From positions 1 through 36,061 of IMG/VR virus record IMGVR_UViG_3300025293_000017: DNA of 36,061 nt; one strand, given 5' to 3'. The position numbers and the translations under genes were made by a program. The notes below the pieces were generated by a model, which was not told the DNA's origin, searched no databases, and saw nothing but the letters and a program-made list of their open reading frames with translations. This document shows positions 1 through 9,900 of this stretch, piece by piece. Numbering within the stretch: position 1 is the stretch's first letter; each line of letters begins with the position of its first letter. The DNA is from a virus (taxonomy: Duplodnaviria; Caudoviricetes).

Positions 1-10
1 CTGAATACAT
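1..10 (-). CDS. 5' end of a gene running off the left edge (MYS...)
   Basis: Minus strand reads AAGGAGAGTGTCATT-ATG TAT TCA: strong Shine-Dalgarno ahead of ATG at 10. Confidence 0.55.
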
Positions 11-40
11 AATGACACTCTCCTTGAGTAAGTAAAGTTT

Positions 41-645
41 GATGTGTTGTTCTTTCAGGATGTTCGTATGTCGTATGCCAAGAGGGTCGCACCTGAGATA
101 TTTATTAGGGCCTCGGCACGATACATAGTGATCGTCCTAGCCTCACACACGTTACCTTTGACTGCTTAACACACGAACACCCTAAGAGAACAACACATCC
201 AATGAAGACTCACCAGTACCGGAACTCTGCATCCGGCACCGGTGAGGTGACGCTAGCCTCAACTGAATCGGCGATACGTGGTGTCAACGTCCACGACATC
301 GTAATCTTCAAATATGGTGGATGCGAGGCTTCTCAGCAAGTTTGCCACACTTGCCTCGGTGACACTCGCGACCGCAAAGTTTCAAGATATTCGTTTCGCT
401 CTCTGGCGGCGACTGGCGTGCGTCTCATCTCAGCGAGAATGAACCTTTCGGCGACGTGATCACGCTCTTGGGTGTTTTAGTTGCTTGAACATCTCACGAA
501 CTTTGTACTGATCACTTCTAAGAGCTTGCTACTCTTCGCAACCCCTAGCGCGTCCTCTGTGGCTGTCTTGGCGTCGTGGCTATTAAGCTCGGCTCGGCTC
601 CTGGCGTTGTGCGCTACGGACGTTTGTAGCTGACCAGCTATTTAA
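41..645 (-). ncRNA. Candidate large structured RNA or structured 5' leader, family not recognised
   Basis: No credible ORF. Helices at 41-71/169-199 (30 of 31 positions paired, 3 G-U) and 209-223/232-246 (15 bp, 2 G-U), plus several shorter hairpins. Most non-Watson-Crick positions are G-U only on the minus strand. Lies directly downstream of a promoter and boxA. Confidence 0.6.
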
Positions 646-658
646 TTTTCAAAGAACA
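646..658 (-). promoter_or_regulatory. boxA-like antitermination element
   Basis: Minus strand TGTTCTTTGAAAA about 20 nt downstream of the -10 box; resembles rrn-leader boxA. Confidence 0.6.
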
Positions 659-678
659 CATTACTTACTTACATATAG

Positions 679-707
679 ATAATACACTAATTATACATAT
701 TACACAA
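679..707 (-). promoter_or_regulatory. sigma70-type promoter
   Basis: TTGTGT (707-702), 17-nt spacer, TATTAT (684-679), within a locally very AT-rich patch. Confidence 0.65.
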
Positions 708-811
708 GTTACCTCTCGCTTAGCTCCATGATTCACGGTGAAAAACACACGAAAACATTAAGGAAAACGCACGTCCAAAAAAGATTTGAACTCATTTGTG
801 GTACGCTGTGA

Positions 812-1108
812 ATGTCGATGGGAATCAAGTCAAAATTCGCACGATGGGCTATCGGTCAAGGCGTGTCTGACTACCTCAAAAAGATGGGCGTCGATAAGCC
901 GCATCGACAGCGAGTTGTGAAGGCGGTGCAAGATATGTTGAACCCGAAGAAAGAACCTGTGATGCTTGGCGGTGTGGTATCAGTCGCCGTCGCACTCGGC
1001 GCGGCGTTCGGACTTGACTTAACGGTCGAACAACTATCCGTCACAGTGGCAACGGTCATTGCCATCGTGACGTTCGTCCAACGGAAATTCGTCTCCCCTA
1101 AACACTAG
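812..1108 (+). CDS. Holin-like membrane protein
   Basis: Two C-terminal hydrophobic segments (EPVMLGGVVSVAVALGAAFGLDLTVEQLSVTVATVIAIVTFV) with a basic tail; next to the endolysin. Confidence 0.55.
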   Translation: MSMGIKSKFARWAIGQGVSDYLKKMGVDKPHRQRVVKAVQDMLNPKKEPVMLGGVVSVAVALGAAFGLDLTVEQLSVTVATVIAIVTFVQRKFVSPKH

Positions 1109-1117
1109 GAGGTCATC

Positions 1118-1381
1118 ATGGGATGGGTCACGATTGGCCTGAAGATCTTGCCGTTCATCGTAGAAGCGGTCAACTGGGTCGAGAAGTTTGTGACAAGAAA
1201 GGGTCAAGAAAAGCAAGACGCCGCTATCAAGATGTGTGTGTCGATGCTTGGGATTGCAGAGGCCGCACTCGAAAGAGACATCCTCGAAGATTCTGAAGTC
1301 GAAGAGGCGGCACGCAAGACAATTGATGCCGTGGTCGCGCTTCAGAACATCATCGCCAAGAAGCAAGCCGATTCGTCTTAA
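1118..1381 (+). CDS. Small lysis-region protein (amphipathic N-terminus, KGQEK motif), possibly holin-like
   Basis: AGGAGG RBS before ATG; 87 aa; stop codon overlaps the endolysin stop (TTAA). Confidence 0.5.
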   Translation: MGWVTIGLKILPFIVEAVNWVEKFVTRKGQEKQDAAIKMCVSMLGIAEAALERDILEDSEVEEAARKTIDAVVALQNIIAKKQADSS

Positions 1382-1878
1382 AGAAAGCGCATCGCCCGAC
1401 GTACCCATCCCACCAGGAAGACGACTTGTGAGGTGTCGCGTTGGGCGATTCGGCAGTAGCGTTCGACACGCGACCGCACCAGGTTGGTCAGAAGTTCCCC
1501 ACTCGGCACACCTGTAATCAGCGACAGCGTTTGCGGCCCGATGATCCCGTCCACCTTGGCATCTCTCAGGTGTCGTTGAAGACTCTTGATGGCGGTGGCG
1601 GGACCAGACAGCACCGCATCATCTAAGACCGCAGCTTGAACCGTGTTCGGCAGTTGGTCAATCTTCGTCTTTTGGAAATACTGCTCTCGATAAATCGTCA
1701 GGGCTTCGTCACGGGTCAGAGCCTTGACATCATCGATACTGACCGGCCCACGTCGCCATCGACGGAGCGTGGCTAGCGTGATGCCCATGTTCGTCGGGCC
1801 ACCATAATCCGATGCGTGATGAACGAATCCGCCTTCCGACTCGATCAGTGCGTCAAGCACCTCTCGACTACTGGGCAT
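1378..1878 (-). CDS. Endolysin, glycoside hydrolase family 108 with C-terminal peptidoglycan-binding region
   Basis: EGGFVHHASDYGGPTNMGIT catalytic motif; VDGIIGPQT; C-terminal FLVGWVRR. Confidence 0.9.
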   Translation of the reverse strand: MPSSREVLDALIESEGGFVHHASDYGGPTNMGITLATLRRWRRGPVSIDDVKALTRDEALTIYREQYFQKTKIDQLPNTVQAAVLDDAVLSGPATAIKSLQRHLRDAKVDGIIGPQTLSLITGVPSGELLTNLVRSRVERYCRIAQRDTSQVVFLVGWVRRAMRFL

Positions 1879-2161
1879 CCCGTCTTATACGCTGACTGCT
1901 GGTGAACTCGGCACGCAGTTCTCGAATGGCTTGTTCGCTGGCTTCGGTCACAGTCGTGTTCCTGGTAATCGCTTCTGAGTTCTGCGCGATAATGGTCAAC
2001 AACTGCTCCGTTAGTTCTCGTCCTTCTTTGAGACTTGCCTTCCATTCTGCTCGATGTCGGTTCGCGTCCTGCCGTGCATAATAAAACACAATTAAGGCCA
2101 ATGAACCGCCGATACCTAAGTGCGCGATGATGTCTCCAAGATTTCCGTTGAATAATTCCAT
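1868..2161 (-). CDS. Single-TM coiled-coil protein, holin/antiholin-like
   Basis: N-terminal TM (IIAHLGIGGSLALIVFYY) then helical region; overlaps the endolysin start. Confidence 0.55.
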   Translation of the reverse strand: MELFNGNLGDIIAHLGIGGSLALIVFYYARQDANRHRAEWKASLKEGRELTEQLLTIIAQNSEAITRNTTVTEASEQAIRELRAEFTSSQRIRRDAQ

Positions 2162-2170
2162 TCCCGTTTC

Positions 2171-3340
2171 CTAAGCTGGCACACCTGACGAGAGATCAAA
2201 GGCGGCTCCGTGCTTAAGCAACACCCGTCCTCTATCTTGTGCTTCTTTCAGTGTGCGCGTTGGTTTCCATTGCTGGCCCTCATAGACGAGGGGCAGAGAA
2301 TGTTCAAAGACCGCATTGACATGGTCTTCCAAGATGTGTCCTTGCTGAGCGTATTTCGCCATACGGTCGTGATTGCTCTGAATGAATCCTGCGGCTCCAT
2401 CGTACTGGTGTCCACCGCCAGGAGATGTGACCTGATCTTCGGGACGGTTCTTTCCACCAGTTGGAGTCTTGAATGATGTCTGAAGCCCACTGATGACCGT
2501 GCCTCCCACTTCGCGGAAGTCGTCCACTGGCACCTCAGTCAACCCGCGTTCATGCTCGGCTAGTGGAAGTTTCGGCGCACCACGACGCATCGCTCGGAAC
2601 ATGCCGTTCCTCTCAGGCATGTGGGAGCCATTGTAGATTTCCCCAAGCTCTCTGAACGGCACTGCGAGGTGGCAGATGTCACGCACAAGCTGACACGTCT
2701 GTTCAAGATAATCGAGAAGGCGGTCATGCTTGCGGCCAAGCGTTTGAATGAAGAATTCCTGGCTCATACACCAAGCGATAGGAGCCATGTCATGCCTGAT
2801 CACTTGGTCGAACACCTCTTGGACGTGATTTGAATTCTTGAGTCCGTCAAACGGTTCCTCGCCAATCTCTCGGCGGCTTCCGGTATTACAGCAGATGATG
2901 ATGTGGGTGTTGTCTTTGACTTGTGGGTGCGTCAGATATTGGTGAATCTTTTCCGGTGTCCACTTCATCATTCGATGGCTGGCAATCCATGTGGCTTCAT
3001 CGCCGGGATACAGCCACGCCGACCGAGCCTTGCGCCAATCGTGACGGAGGCCGTTCCCGTTTTCAACGGGCGGTGGTTCTGGCTCTGGCCCTGCGACATA
3101 CTTATTCTGAAGCCAGACGCGATAGGACTCCATCGAATGGCACTTGATCTCCCCGCCGTAGAAGGTAGACCCTCCAAGCAGCCACTTCGCTTCTCCGATC
3201 TGTTCCTCTGTTGGGAGATGCCCAACCACGTCTTGCCAAATGCCTTCGATATCTGCTGACTCTGTGCCGCACAGAGACTTCCAAGTGCCAGCCTCGCCAT
3301 CAGGTAAGTTGATGCCGGTGAACCGTTGGTGGTTATTCAT
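2171..3340 (-). CDS. Hypothetical two-domain protein (Pro-rich linker), possible carbohydrate-active enzyme
   Basis: 389-aa ORF tightly packed with neighbours; PEPEPPP linker; Trp/aromatic-rich alpha/beta C-terminal part. Confidence 0.45.
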   Translation of the reverse strand: MNNHQRFTGINLPDGEAGTWKSLCGTESADIEGIWQDVVGHLPTEEQIGEAKWLLGGSTFYGGEIKCHSMESYRVWLQNKYVAGPEPEPPPVENGNGLRHDWRKARSAWLYPGDEATWIASHRMMKWTPEKIHQYLTHPQVKDNTHIIICCNTGSRREIGEEPFDGLKNSNHVQEVFDQVIRHDMAPIAWCMSQEFFIQTLGRKHDRLLDYLEQTCQLVRDICHLAVPFRELGEIYNGSHMPERNGMFRAMRRGAPKLPLAEHERGLTEVPVDDFREVGGTVISGLQTSFKTPTGGKNRPEDQVTSPGGGHQYDGAAGFIQSNHDRMAKYAQQGHILEDHVNAVFEHSLPLVYEGQQWKPTRTLKEAQDRGRVLLKHGAAFDLSSGVPA

Positions 3341-3342
3341 GA

Positions 3343-3702
3343 TTATAACTTTGCCTTGATGCTGTCGATCACTTGGGCTTCTACATCTTCACCAGCCACA
3401 CTGGAGAGAACTTCTACAATAGCTTGCGCGACTCGTCGATCAGCAAGCATCGCAGTCGCAATACTTGTGAGATATACCTCGTTCGCCGCTTCCGCATCTG
3501 CATCGGACACCGCGTTAATTTCTACGATGGTTGGTTCGTCACCATAGCTCACATCAGGCGGAGTCCATGCTGCGATGAATGGGTCATCGCCCATTCCCTC
3601 ATCTTGCAGTTCGTACACGCACGTTCCATCTGGTTGATGGTGATGTGGATCACAACCACGTCCGGTGATTACTGCGTCAAGTCTATTCTTGAATGTGGGC
3701 AT
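3343..3702 (-). CDS. XkdW-like tail-fibre-associated protein
   Basis: YELQDEGMGDDPFIAAW motif; immediately follows the tail fibre gene. Confidence 0.5.
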   Translation of the reverse strand: MPTFKNRLDAVITGRGCDPHHHQPDGTCVYELQDEGMGDDPFIAAWTPPDVSYGDEPTIVEINAVSDADAEAANEVYLTSIATAMLADRRVAQAIVEVLSSVAGEDVEAQVIDSIKAKL

Positions 3703-3704
3703 CG

Positions 3705-4811
3705 TTACTGTCCGATGTAATCAATTGAAAAATATGTATTCGCTAGTCCGGCAACAAGCTCCGTATTACTGCCACGATTGTGCTGGCTATAGATCTGAAC
3801 ATAACCACTAGTGTCTATCTGGAGCGTGACGCCAACTGGGAGGTTCCCGCCGTGCATATTCTGAAAACGATTCAAGCGAACCTCGGTATTCGACACCCTG
3901 ATCTGTGTCAGACACGACGAATCGTTTGGGCCGTCGATATAGGCTGCGGCAGATATTTGGTAATAGCCAAATCGTGGCACGGTAAACTCAAAGTTGCCAG
4001 CGCCGTTCCAGCCGCCGAACGTGTCATAGACGGTGGTGTCGTAATTCACGCGACGGAACGCACCGGTCGCCACCGTCTGATTGGCGTTCAATCGCACCAA
4101 CCCGTGAATACTTTGATGCTCGCTCTCGACCCACCAGTTTGTGCCATCGCACGTCAGGACCACATAATCGCCTAAAGCGTAGAGTTTGAACCCGCCAGTC
4201 TGCCCGGGAGCATTAGCGATGGTGTCAGAGCCGTTCGGATCGACTGTGACAATATGGTTATCATCCGTTTCTTTCAGCACAGCGATGCGTCGTCCCGAAT
4301 TACCAGAGGCAGCATAAAGATCAATATCAAACGCTGCTGCTCCTCCGGTCATGTGACATTTAATGAGTGCATCAAATCCACAATCCGCAACTGTGCAAGT
4401 ATAGGCGGCCGTCTTTTGGAGAATCGTTGCAGTAGGACTCACCCAACTCACATCTGTGCCGTCAGTACCTAATCGGGTTCCTGCTGCGCCAACTGCCAGC
4501 CGTGTTCCTGTGACCGTTCCCGATGATGAGTACAGCACATCTCCGCGAGTGGTAAGAGGGCTTAAACTGGAGAAGGCAACTGTGTCCCACGATACAGAAC
4601 TGGCTCCGCTTTTCAGAAACTTCCCTGCGTCAGCCCCAAGCCTCGCAAGAGCCGTTGCGCTTGAGGCGTAGACAACATCTCCAGCCGCTTGACTGGTAAT
4701 CGCCAAGCGACCACCATCCAGCATATTCAGGTTGTCCCGAACGGCTGAGTTCATAATGGCTGCGGTGACAAGCTCACCGCTGACCCACGTTCTCGGACTA
4801 GTCCACGCCAT
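3705..4811 (-). CDS. Tail fibre / receptor-binding protein with C1q-like C-terminal beta domain
   Basis: N-terminal MAWTSPRTWVSGELVTAAIMN anchor; GDV(V/L)Y..S...RL repeats; C-terminal FTVPRFGYYQISA beta pattern. Confidence 0.75.
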   Translation of the reverse strand: MAWTSPRTWVSGELVTAAIMNSAVRDNLNMLDGGRLAITSQAAGDVVYASSATALARLGADAGKFLKSGASSVSWDTVAFSSLSPLTTRGDVLYSSSGTVTGTRLAVGAAGTRLGTDGTDVSWVSPTATILQKTAAYTCTVADCGFDALIKCHMTGGAAAFDIDLYAASGNSGRRIAVLKETDDNHIVTVDPNGSDTIANAPGQTGGFKLYALGDYVVLTCDGTNWWVESEHQSIHGLVRLNANQTVATGAFRRVNYDTTVYDTFGGWNGAGNFEFTVPRFGYYQISAAAYIDGPNDSSCLTQIRVSNTEVRLNRFQNMHGGNLPVGVTLQIDTSGYVQIYSQHNRGSNTELVAGLANTYFSIDYIGQ

Positions 4812-5199
4812 CGCTTACTCCGTGTATTTTATTTTCTTCCAATAATTCTTTAATCGATTCTGTTGTCCAGTTACGAGAAGCCTCGTCGGTTCTCCTAAGC
4901 AGAACGTCTTCAATTTTCTTGGCATTTCGAGGGAAGCTAACCGTCGTATAAACTGAGCCGCAATCAAAACAACACGCCACTTTTATAGTGCGGCTGGTGA
5001 GTCCTGCCCCGTTACACTTTGGGCAATCCACAACCCAGCGACCATGATTGATATAGGCGCGTTTCTGGTCTTGATCTTCGTATTCAACTTGCCCTTTGCT
5101 TGCTATCACCTTCCGATGCACATCACGATAGCTGTCCGTGTCAGTGACACCAGCATGAGCCATTCCTTCGCACGGTCCAAGAATACAATCGTCACTCAT
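4798..5199 (-). CDS. Cys-motif (CxxC...CxxC) protein in the tail-tip module
   Basis: NHGRWVVDCPKC...CCFDCG...RNW; start moved to ATG 5199, which overlaps the upstream stop (ATGA). Confidence 0.6.
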   Translation of the reverse strand: MSDDCILGPCEGMAHAGVTDTDSYRDVHRKVIASKGQVEYEDQDQKRAYINHGRWVVDCPKCNGAGLTSRTIKVACCFDCGSVYTTVSFPRNAKKIEDVLLRRTDEASRNWTTESIKELLEENKIHGVSDGVD

Positions 5200-5378
5200 T
5201 TTCTCGTCCATTCGAGAAGCGTCTGAATTAACACCACACCAGCCAGGGTTCCGGCTTCGCCGTCGAGCCGGAGGTCGTAATTCGTAGCGGTGAGCAGTTG
5301 TAACGTAAGCAATACACCGCAAACAGCGAACACCCTCGCCAGCTTCCACACCGGATGAGTCGGATCTGAGAACGACAT
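5196..5378 (-). CDS. Small membrane protein (60 aa, two hydrophobic segments)
   Basis: Coupled to both neighbours by TGATG and ATGA overlaps. Confidence 0.55.
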   Translation of the reverse strand: MSFSDPTHPVWKLARVFAVCGVLLTLQLLTATNYDLRLDGEAGTLAGVVLIQTLLEWTRK

Positions 5379-6955
5379 CAGGCAAATCCTAAAGTCGTCG
5401 TCAGGCCCATTTCACTCGCCCCAACTTGGTTAAGAATCCAGAAGTTCTGCTGTTCGGCTGGAGATAAGACCCATGACACTTTGATGATACCGCCAGCTTC
5501 AACGCGAAACTGGCATCCATTGATAAAATAGCCAACTTCACCTGCGCCAACAGTTTCCACGAGGCCAGTCATCGACTCCGCAAGGGTAATCTTGTCTCCC
5601 GGTTCCCGCGCAAGAGCTTGGGTCATTAGATATGTCGAGGCGTTCCCGACGATGGACATCTTCTTGATGACATAGCGAGGGTCTTTGTAACTATTCAGAA
5701 TCCACTCGGCGATATTAGAAGCAAACTCTCCAGCGTTGCTTTCGTACTTCATGTCGATGCGACTGTCGATTTCTCCGTAACTTGTCGCTGAAGATGAATC
5801 GGATGCCGCCATGACCGTTTCGCTGACATCAGCAATTTCTGTTCCACGAACCTGAAGCGTCGTGAGGTACGCTGTGACTGCTCCATTGTTGACAATCTGA
5901 AAGGTGACAGCGTTCGCGGCGGTAGTAGCCAGCGTCACAGCCACATCGCCCGTGATAACGGACCCTGAGCCGTCTGAGGCGGTATTGGCAATCCAATCGG
6001 TTCCTGCAACAGGCGTAACGATTGACGAACCAGCTACGCGATAACTCTTGATTGAAGCTTCACGGAACAGGGCTGTTATTTGAATAGTGACACCAGCCGC
6101 GACTTCTGGAACGCTATCGGTTGTCGTCAGTTCATACAGCACACTCGCTGAACCTGCTGTTGTCCGAGGATGCACCACCACGTACACGCGATTGATAATA
6201 TCGGCCCGTGAACGGCTGACCGACAGATCGACCATCGTTTCATCAAAGCTCCCAACGGCGGCTCCGAACTTCGGACGGGCATGACGATCTTCAAATCTGA
6301 GAACCCCGCCCGTTGTGCCACCTTTAACGTAGAGGTAGCCAAGCTCGCTGAGGGTAACGTCAGCCAAGGCACTCAGAACAGGTGTCTGAGTATCGTTCAT
6401 GTTGTCGAGAGCAATCACAAAAGTAGATTGGCCTGTGCTGTAGGATGTGGCGGCTGGTTGCCTGGTGACGGAGTTCGTCACAACAGTGGTAATAATCTCG
6501 TCGCTTCGCTTGTTGCTTTGAATACCGATGCCCCGAATCCGAGTTCTCGCGGCTTCGTCTATCCAATCCACAGCCGTGCAAATCACGGCTCGACGCTGAT
6601 ATTGTCCGGCGTCTGGAAAGACACTGATAAGGGTTCCCACGCCTTTGTAGTAATCCGTTCCTCCATACGTGAACTTTGCTCGAACGCCGATACCAATGTC
6701 CCATCCAGCCCGAGCATTCGTGTGGCCGGGAGTGTAATATCCGGCCTGTCCTCCGCTGTTTGATGAACTATTGTTCATAGCCCATGTCATGGTTCCCGTT
6801 TGAGCTACACGGTCGAGTGGGCCTGAGCCGCCTATGCCATACGTGATTTCGAGAGGTTGCACATCAATGCGCGTGTCAGCCGTGACATCTGTCCATCCTC
6901 CTCCAGCACCAGCGAGTTCAACCTGCATCACGACGGTCGCGGTAATCGTAGGCAT
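5378..6955 (-). CDS. Minor tail protein (tail tip / hub)
   Basis: Directly follows the tape measure gene; beta-rich; SELGYLYV...GVLRFEDR motif; C-terminal FWILNQVGASEMG. Confidence 0.75.
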   Translation of the reverse strand: MPTITATVVMQVELAGAGGGWTDVTADTRIDVQPLEITYGIGGSGPLDRVAQTGTMTWAMNNSSSNSGGQAGYYTPGHTNARAGWDIGIGVRAKFTYGGTDYYKGVGTLISVFPDAGQYQRRAVICTAVDWIDEAARTRIRGIGIQSNKRSDEIITTVVTNSVTRQPAATSYSTGQSTFVIALDNMNDTQTPVLSALADVTLSELGYLYVKGGTTGGVLRFEDRHARPKFGAAVGSFDETMVDLSVSRSRADIINRVYVVVHPRTTAGSASVLYELTTTDSVPEVAAGVTIQITALFREASIKSYRVAGSSIVTPVAGTDWIANTASDGSGSVITGDVAVTLATTAANAVTFQIVNNGAVTAYLTTLQVRGTEIADVSETVMAASDSSSATSYGEIDSRIDMKYESNAGEFASNIAEWILNSYKDPRYVIKKMSIVGNASTYLMTQALAREPGDKITLAESMTGLVETVGAGEVGYFINGCQFRVEAGGIIKVSWVLSPAEQQNFWILNQVGASEMGLTTTLGFA

Positions 6956-6958
6956 AAG

Positions 6959-9900
6959 CTATTGAGCCAGAATTATCGCGTCACGTAACATTATCGGCAT
7001 GTTCCGAAGGTCTGTCCGAACGCCTCGCAATTCATCAAGGAGTTCTTTGTCGCCTAGTTGTTCAAGAGGAATCACGGCTTCGGGGCCAGCTTCTCCAATG
7101 AGAGCGGCTGTCGGTCGTGTCACGATGCCGCCTTCAGCCATGCCGGGGAAATTGCCTCCACCGTATTTACTCGTGGCCTTTTTGACCTGTTCGATTATGT
7201 TGATCCTCGTCGTAATTTCTGAGGGTAATCCGCGTAGCCCTCGGTCGATTCCAGAGATGCGGTCGATGAAACGGTCAAGCGAATTCACCACCTTTAGCAC
7301 CGCTGACTCAACAGCGGCCCAGCCTGACTTCTGTTTGTCTTCAAGAGTGCCAGCCTGGCGAGCTTGATCGATCAGTTTCTTCGTGTTCTCATCAATTGGA
7401 ATCCCGAGCTTGTTGTGCGCCTCCATGATGGTCTTCAACGCTGGCCCCATCATCATGATCGCTTGGTGCTGGCTGAAGCCTGACTTGATCAACTTGTCAT
7501 ACATCCGAAGCCCTTGGCGTTCCATTGCCGCTAGGGTGTCGGCGTTCAGCGCACCTGTCCGAGACAGGGCGAGCATCGTGCCATCCAGTGCTTCGACTGC
7601 CGTTACCAGGGTGGCATTGGCTTGAATCCGTTCTTGGAACCGAGCTAATTCCTGAATGGCGATGTTGTCACTGGTGAGGCCGAGGTCTTCTTGGGCTTTG
7701 ATCACCGCGTCGATGGCAGGGCCATGCGCCTTGACCGCTTCGGTGAACGACATTCCGGCAGCTAGCGCCGACTCAAAACTGGCGACCGCCATCAGACCGA
7801 GGTCTTCAAGTTCGCCTTTGCTCTTGACGCCACTCGCCGCAATCGCGGCAACGCCTTCGGCAACAATCTTCGACTGTTCACCCACAAACTTGAGAGTCTC
7901 AGCCGTGGTTCCGAACTTCTCGGCCAGCGTAATCAGTTCGACGAATTGTGCGCTGGCGATACCGCCGGACTCAACCAGTTCGGTGGCAAGTAAATTAAAC
8001 GATTCGCCAAACGTCTCCGCGGCTTGGGCCGTTGTGATTGCACCCTGCTCAACGGCTGAAAAGATGTCTCTCACTCTGCGAATGGCTTTTTCCATTCCCA
8101 TCGCCGCGACGCCGCCCATTTCCTCGATGATGTCGCTCATGTGCATCATCATCGCGCCGAAGTCTGAAGCGGTATTCTCCCGCGTTTTCTCTATGGCTTT
8201 CGACAGTCCTTCGGAAAGACTTTTCCCGAACATTTTCTCTGCTGTCTTAGAAACGCTTTCGGCGACAGATGGCTTCCCAAACAGTTTGACAAGACCACCA
8301 ATGAGCGGCCCTGCTAACGCGCCAATCGCCATACCGATGGGGCCAGCTAGTCCTGAAATCATTCCCATGATTCCACCAGAGGCTTCTTCTCCTTCCTTGT
8401 CCTTGCCGCCGAACGAACCAAAGAGGCTCCCAACCAGTTCCGATCCGAACTGTGAGCCAATCGCCTTGATCGCGCCTAATGCACCGCCGCCGCCAGTAAA
8501 TGCGTCGGTGACGGTTTGCGGAATGTCTTTGATGATGGTTTGCCAGCCTTTGGTGAAACCCGTAGCCCACACCGACCCTGCACTGATCGCAGGTTCGGGC
8601 GGCAATGTCGGCAAACCGAGGCCGCCGATTCCCATGCTCGGCGCGAAAGCTTCAACACCGCCGAACATCTTATGGGCGTGCAACTCGTTGAACGCCACCA
8701 GCATGTCAGCGACCGACTGCTCGGTGACGTTTTTCGCTCGATCCATCCCTTGAACCCACCACTGGAACATCGCCTGATCTGGTTCCTCTCCAGCCGCTTT
8801 CATCTGGCGCATCGCCGTGCCTAGCTGCTCAGTCATCGTGGTGGTCTGAGCTTCAGTTAATGCGGCCACGCCTCCCACGTTTTCGAGGACTGCTATCCAA
8901 TCACGCGCAGGGGCAATTGCACCTCTCAACCCGTCTTTCAGTTTCTGCTGGTTTTCTGTAAGAAGTTCCACGGCCGGTGCGACCTCACGACTGATGACTT
9001 CTGCTATGTCGCTTGTCGCTTCTTCCGCGTTCCGTGAGGCTTCTGCCGCCTGATCAAAGCCGACCATCATGTCATCGAGGACGTCGATAGTCCCGTCGAT
9101 GGCGCGAGTCAATCCATTCTGAGAGAAGATGTTCTTACCAGACTCAACAACCTGTTCCTGCTGTTTGTCATTTAATGAATCAAGTCCGTCTGCCCACTCA
9201 CTAAGAATCGAGATGGTGTTGTCCATGCTTCCGCGCAAACCAGGGGTCATATTGATAATGTGCGCGATACCGAGAGCCACTTGGTTCAGAACTTCTGCGA
9301 CCGACAGTGCGACAACGGCAAACGCCCGAAACGTGAACACCACCGTGGCGAGTCCAGGCTTAACAAGTCGAATGGCTTGCAGCAAAACCTTGAAGGCACC
9401 AACCACCATCTTTGCAAACTTCGCCACCGCTCCCTGCATGTCACCGCCGAACGCACCGCGTAAAGCCTCAGCAATCTTGTTTGGAATTTCCTCCAGTGCA
9501 GGATTGCTCAACACGGTGTTCAGTTGAGAGACACCTTCCCGTGCAAACTCGAACAACGGTTTCAGGGCATCAGCGAGTGTAAGCTCAATGACATCCTTGA
9601 GCGTACTGGTGACTCCTTCCCACGTCGCCGCCTGTTTGACCATGCCGCCGGTGAACTTTTCAAGGTCACCTTGAAATGCGGCATACACTTCAGACGCACT
9701 CGCCCCTGCTTTCTGTAACTTCTCCATCTCATCTCGTGCCTTCGGAGACAGGACAGCGAGTTCTTGGAGTCGCATGGCTGCTTCACCAAAAGGCTTGCCA
9801 GATTGGAGTTGTGAATGTAGACGACCCACCCAAAAGCCAAGCTGATCAATCGGTGCGCCAGTTGCAGCACTCGCATCACCTAGCAGTTGAAGATTGGCCT

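Noticed and set aside
202-459. 85-aa plus-strand ORF
   Set aside because: No RBS or recognisable motif; it lies antisense to the structured region.
315-545. tmRNA or tRNA-like element (minus strand GGGGTTGCGA ... TCGCATCCACCA)
   Set aside because: No T-arm GTTC motif, a mismatched acceptor stem, and too short for tmRNA; treated as part of the unknown structured RNA.
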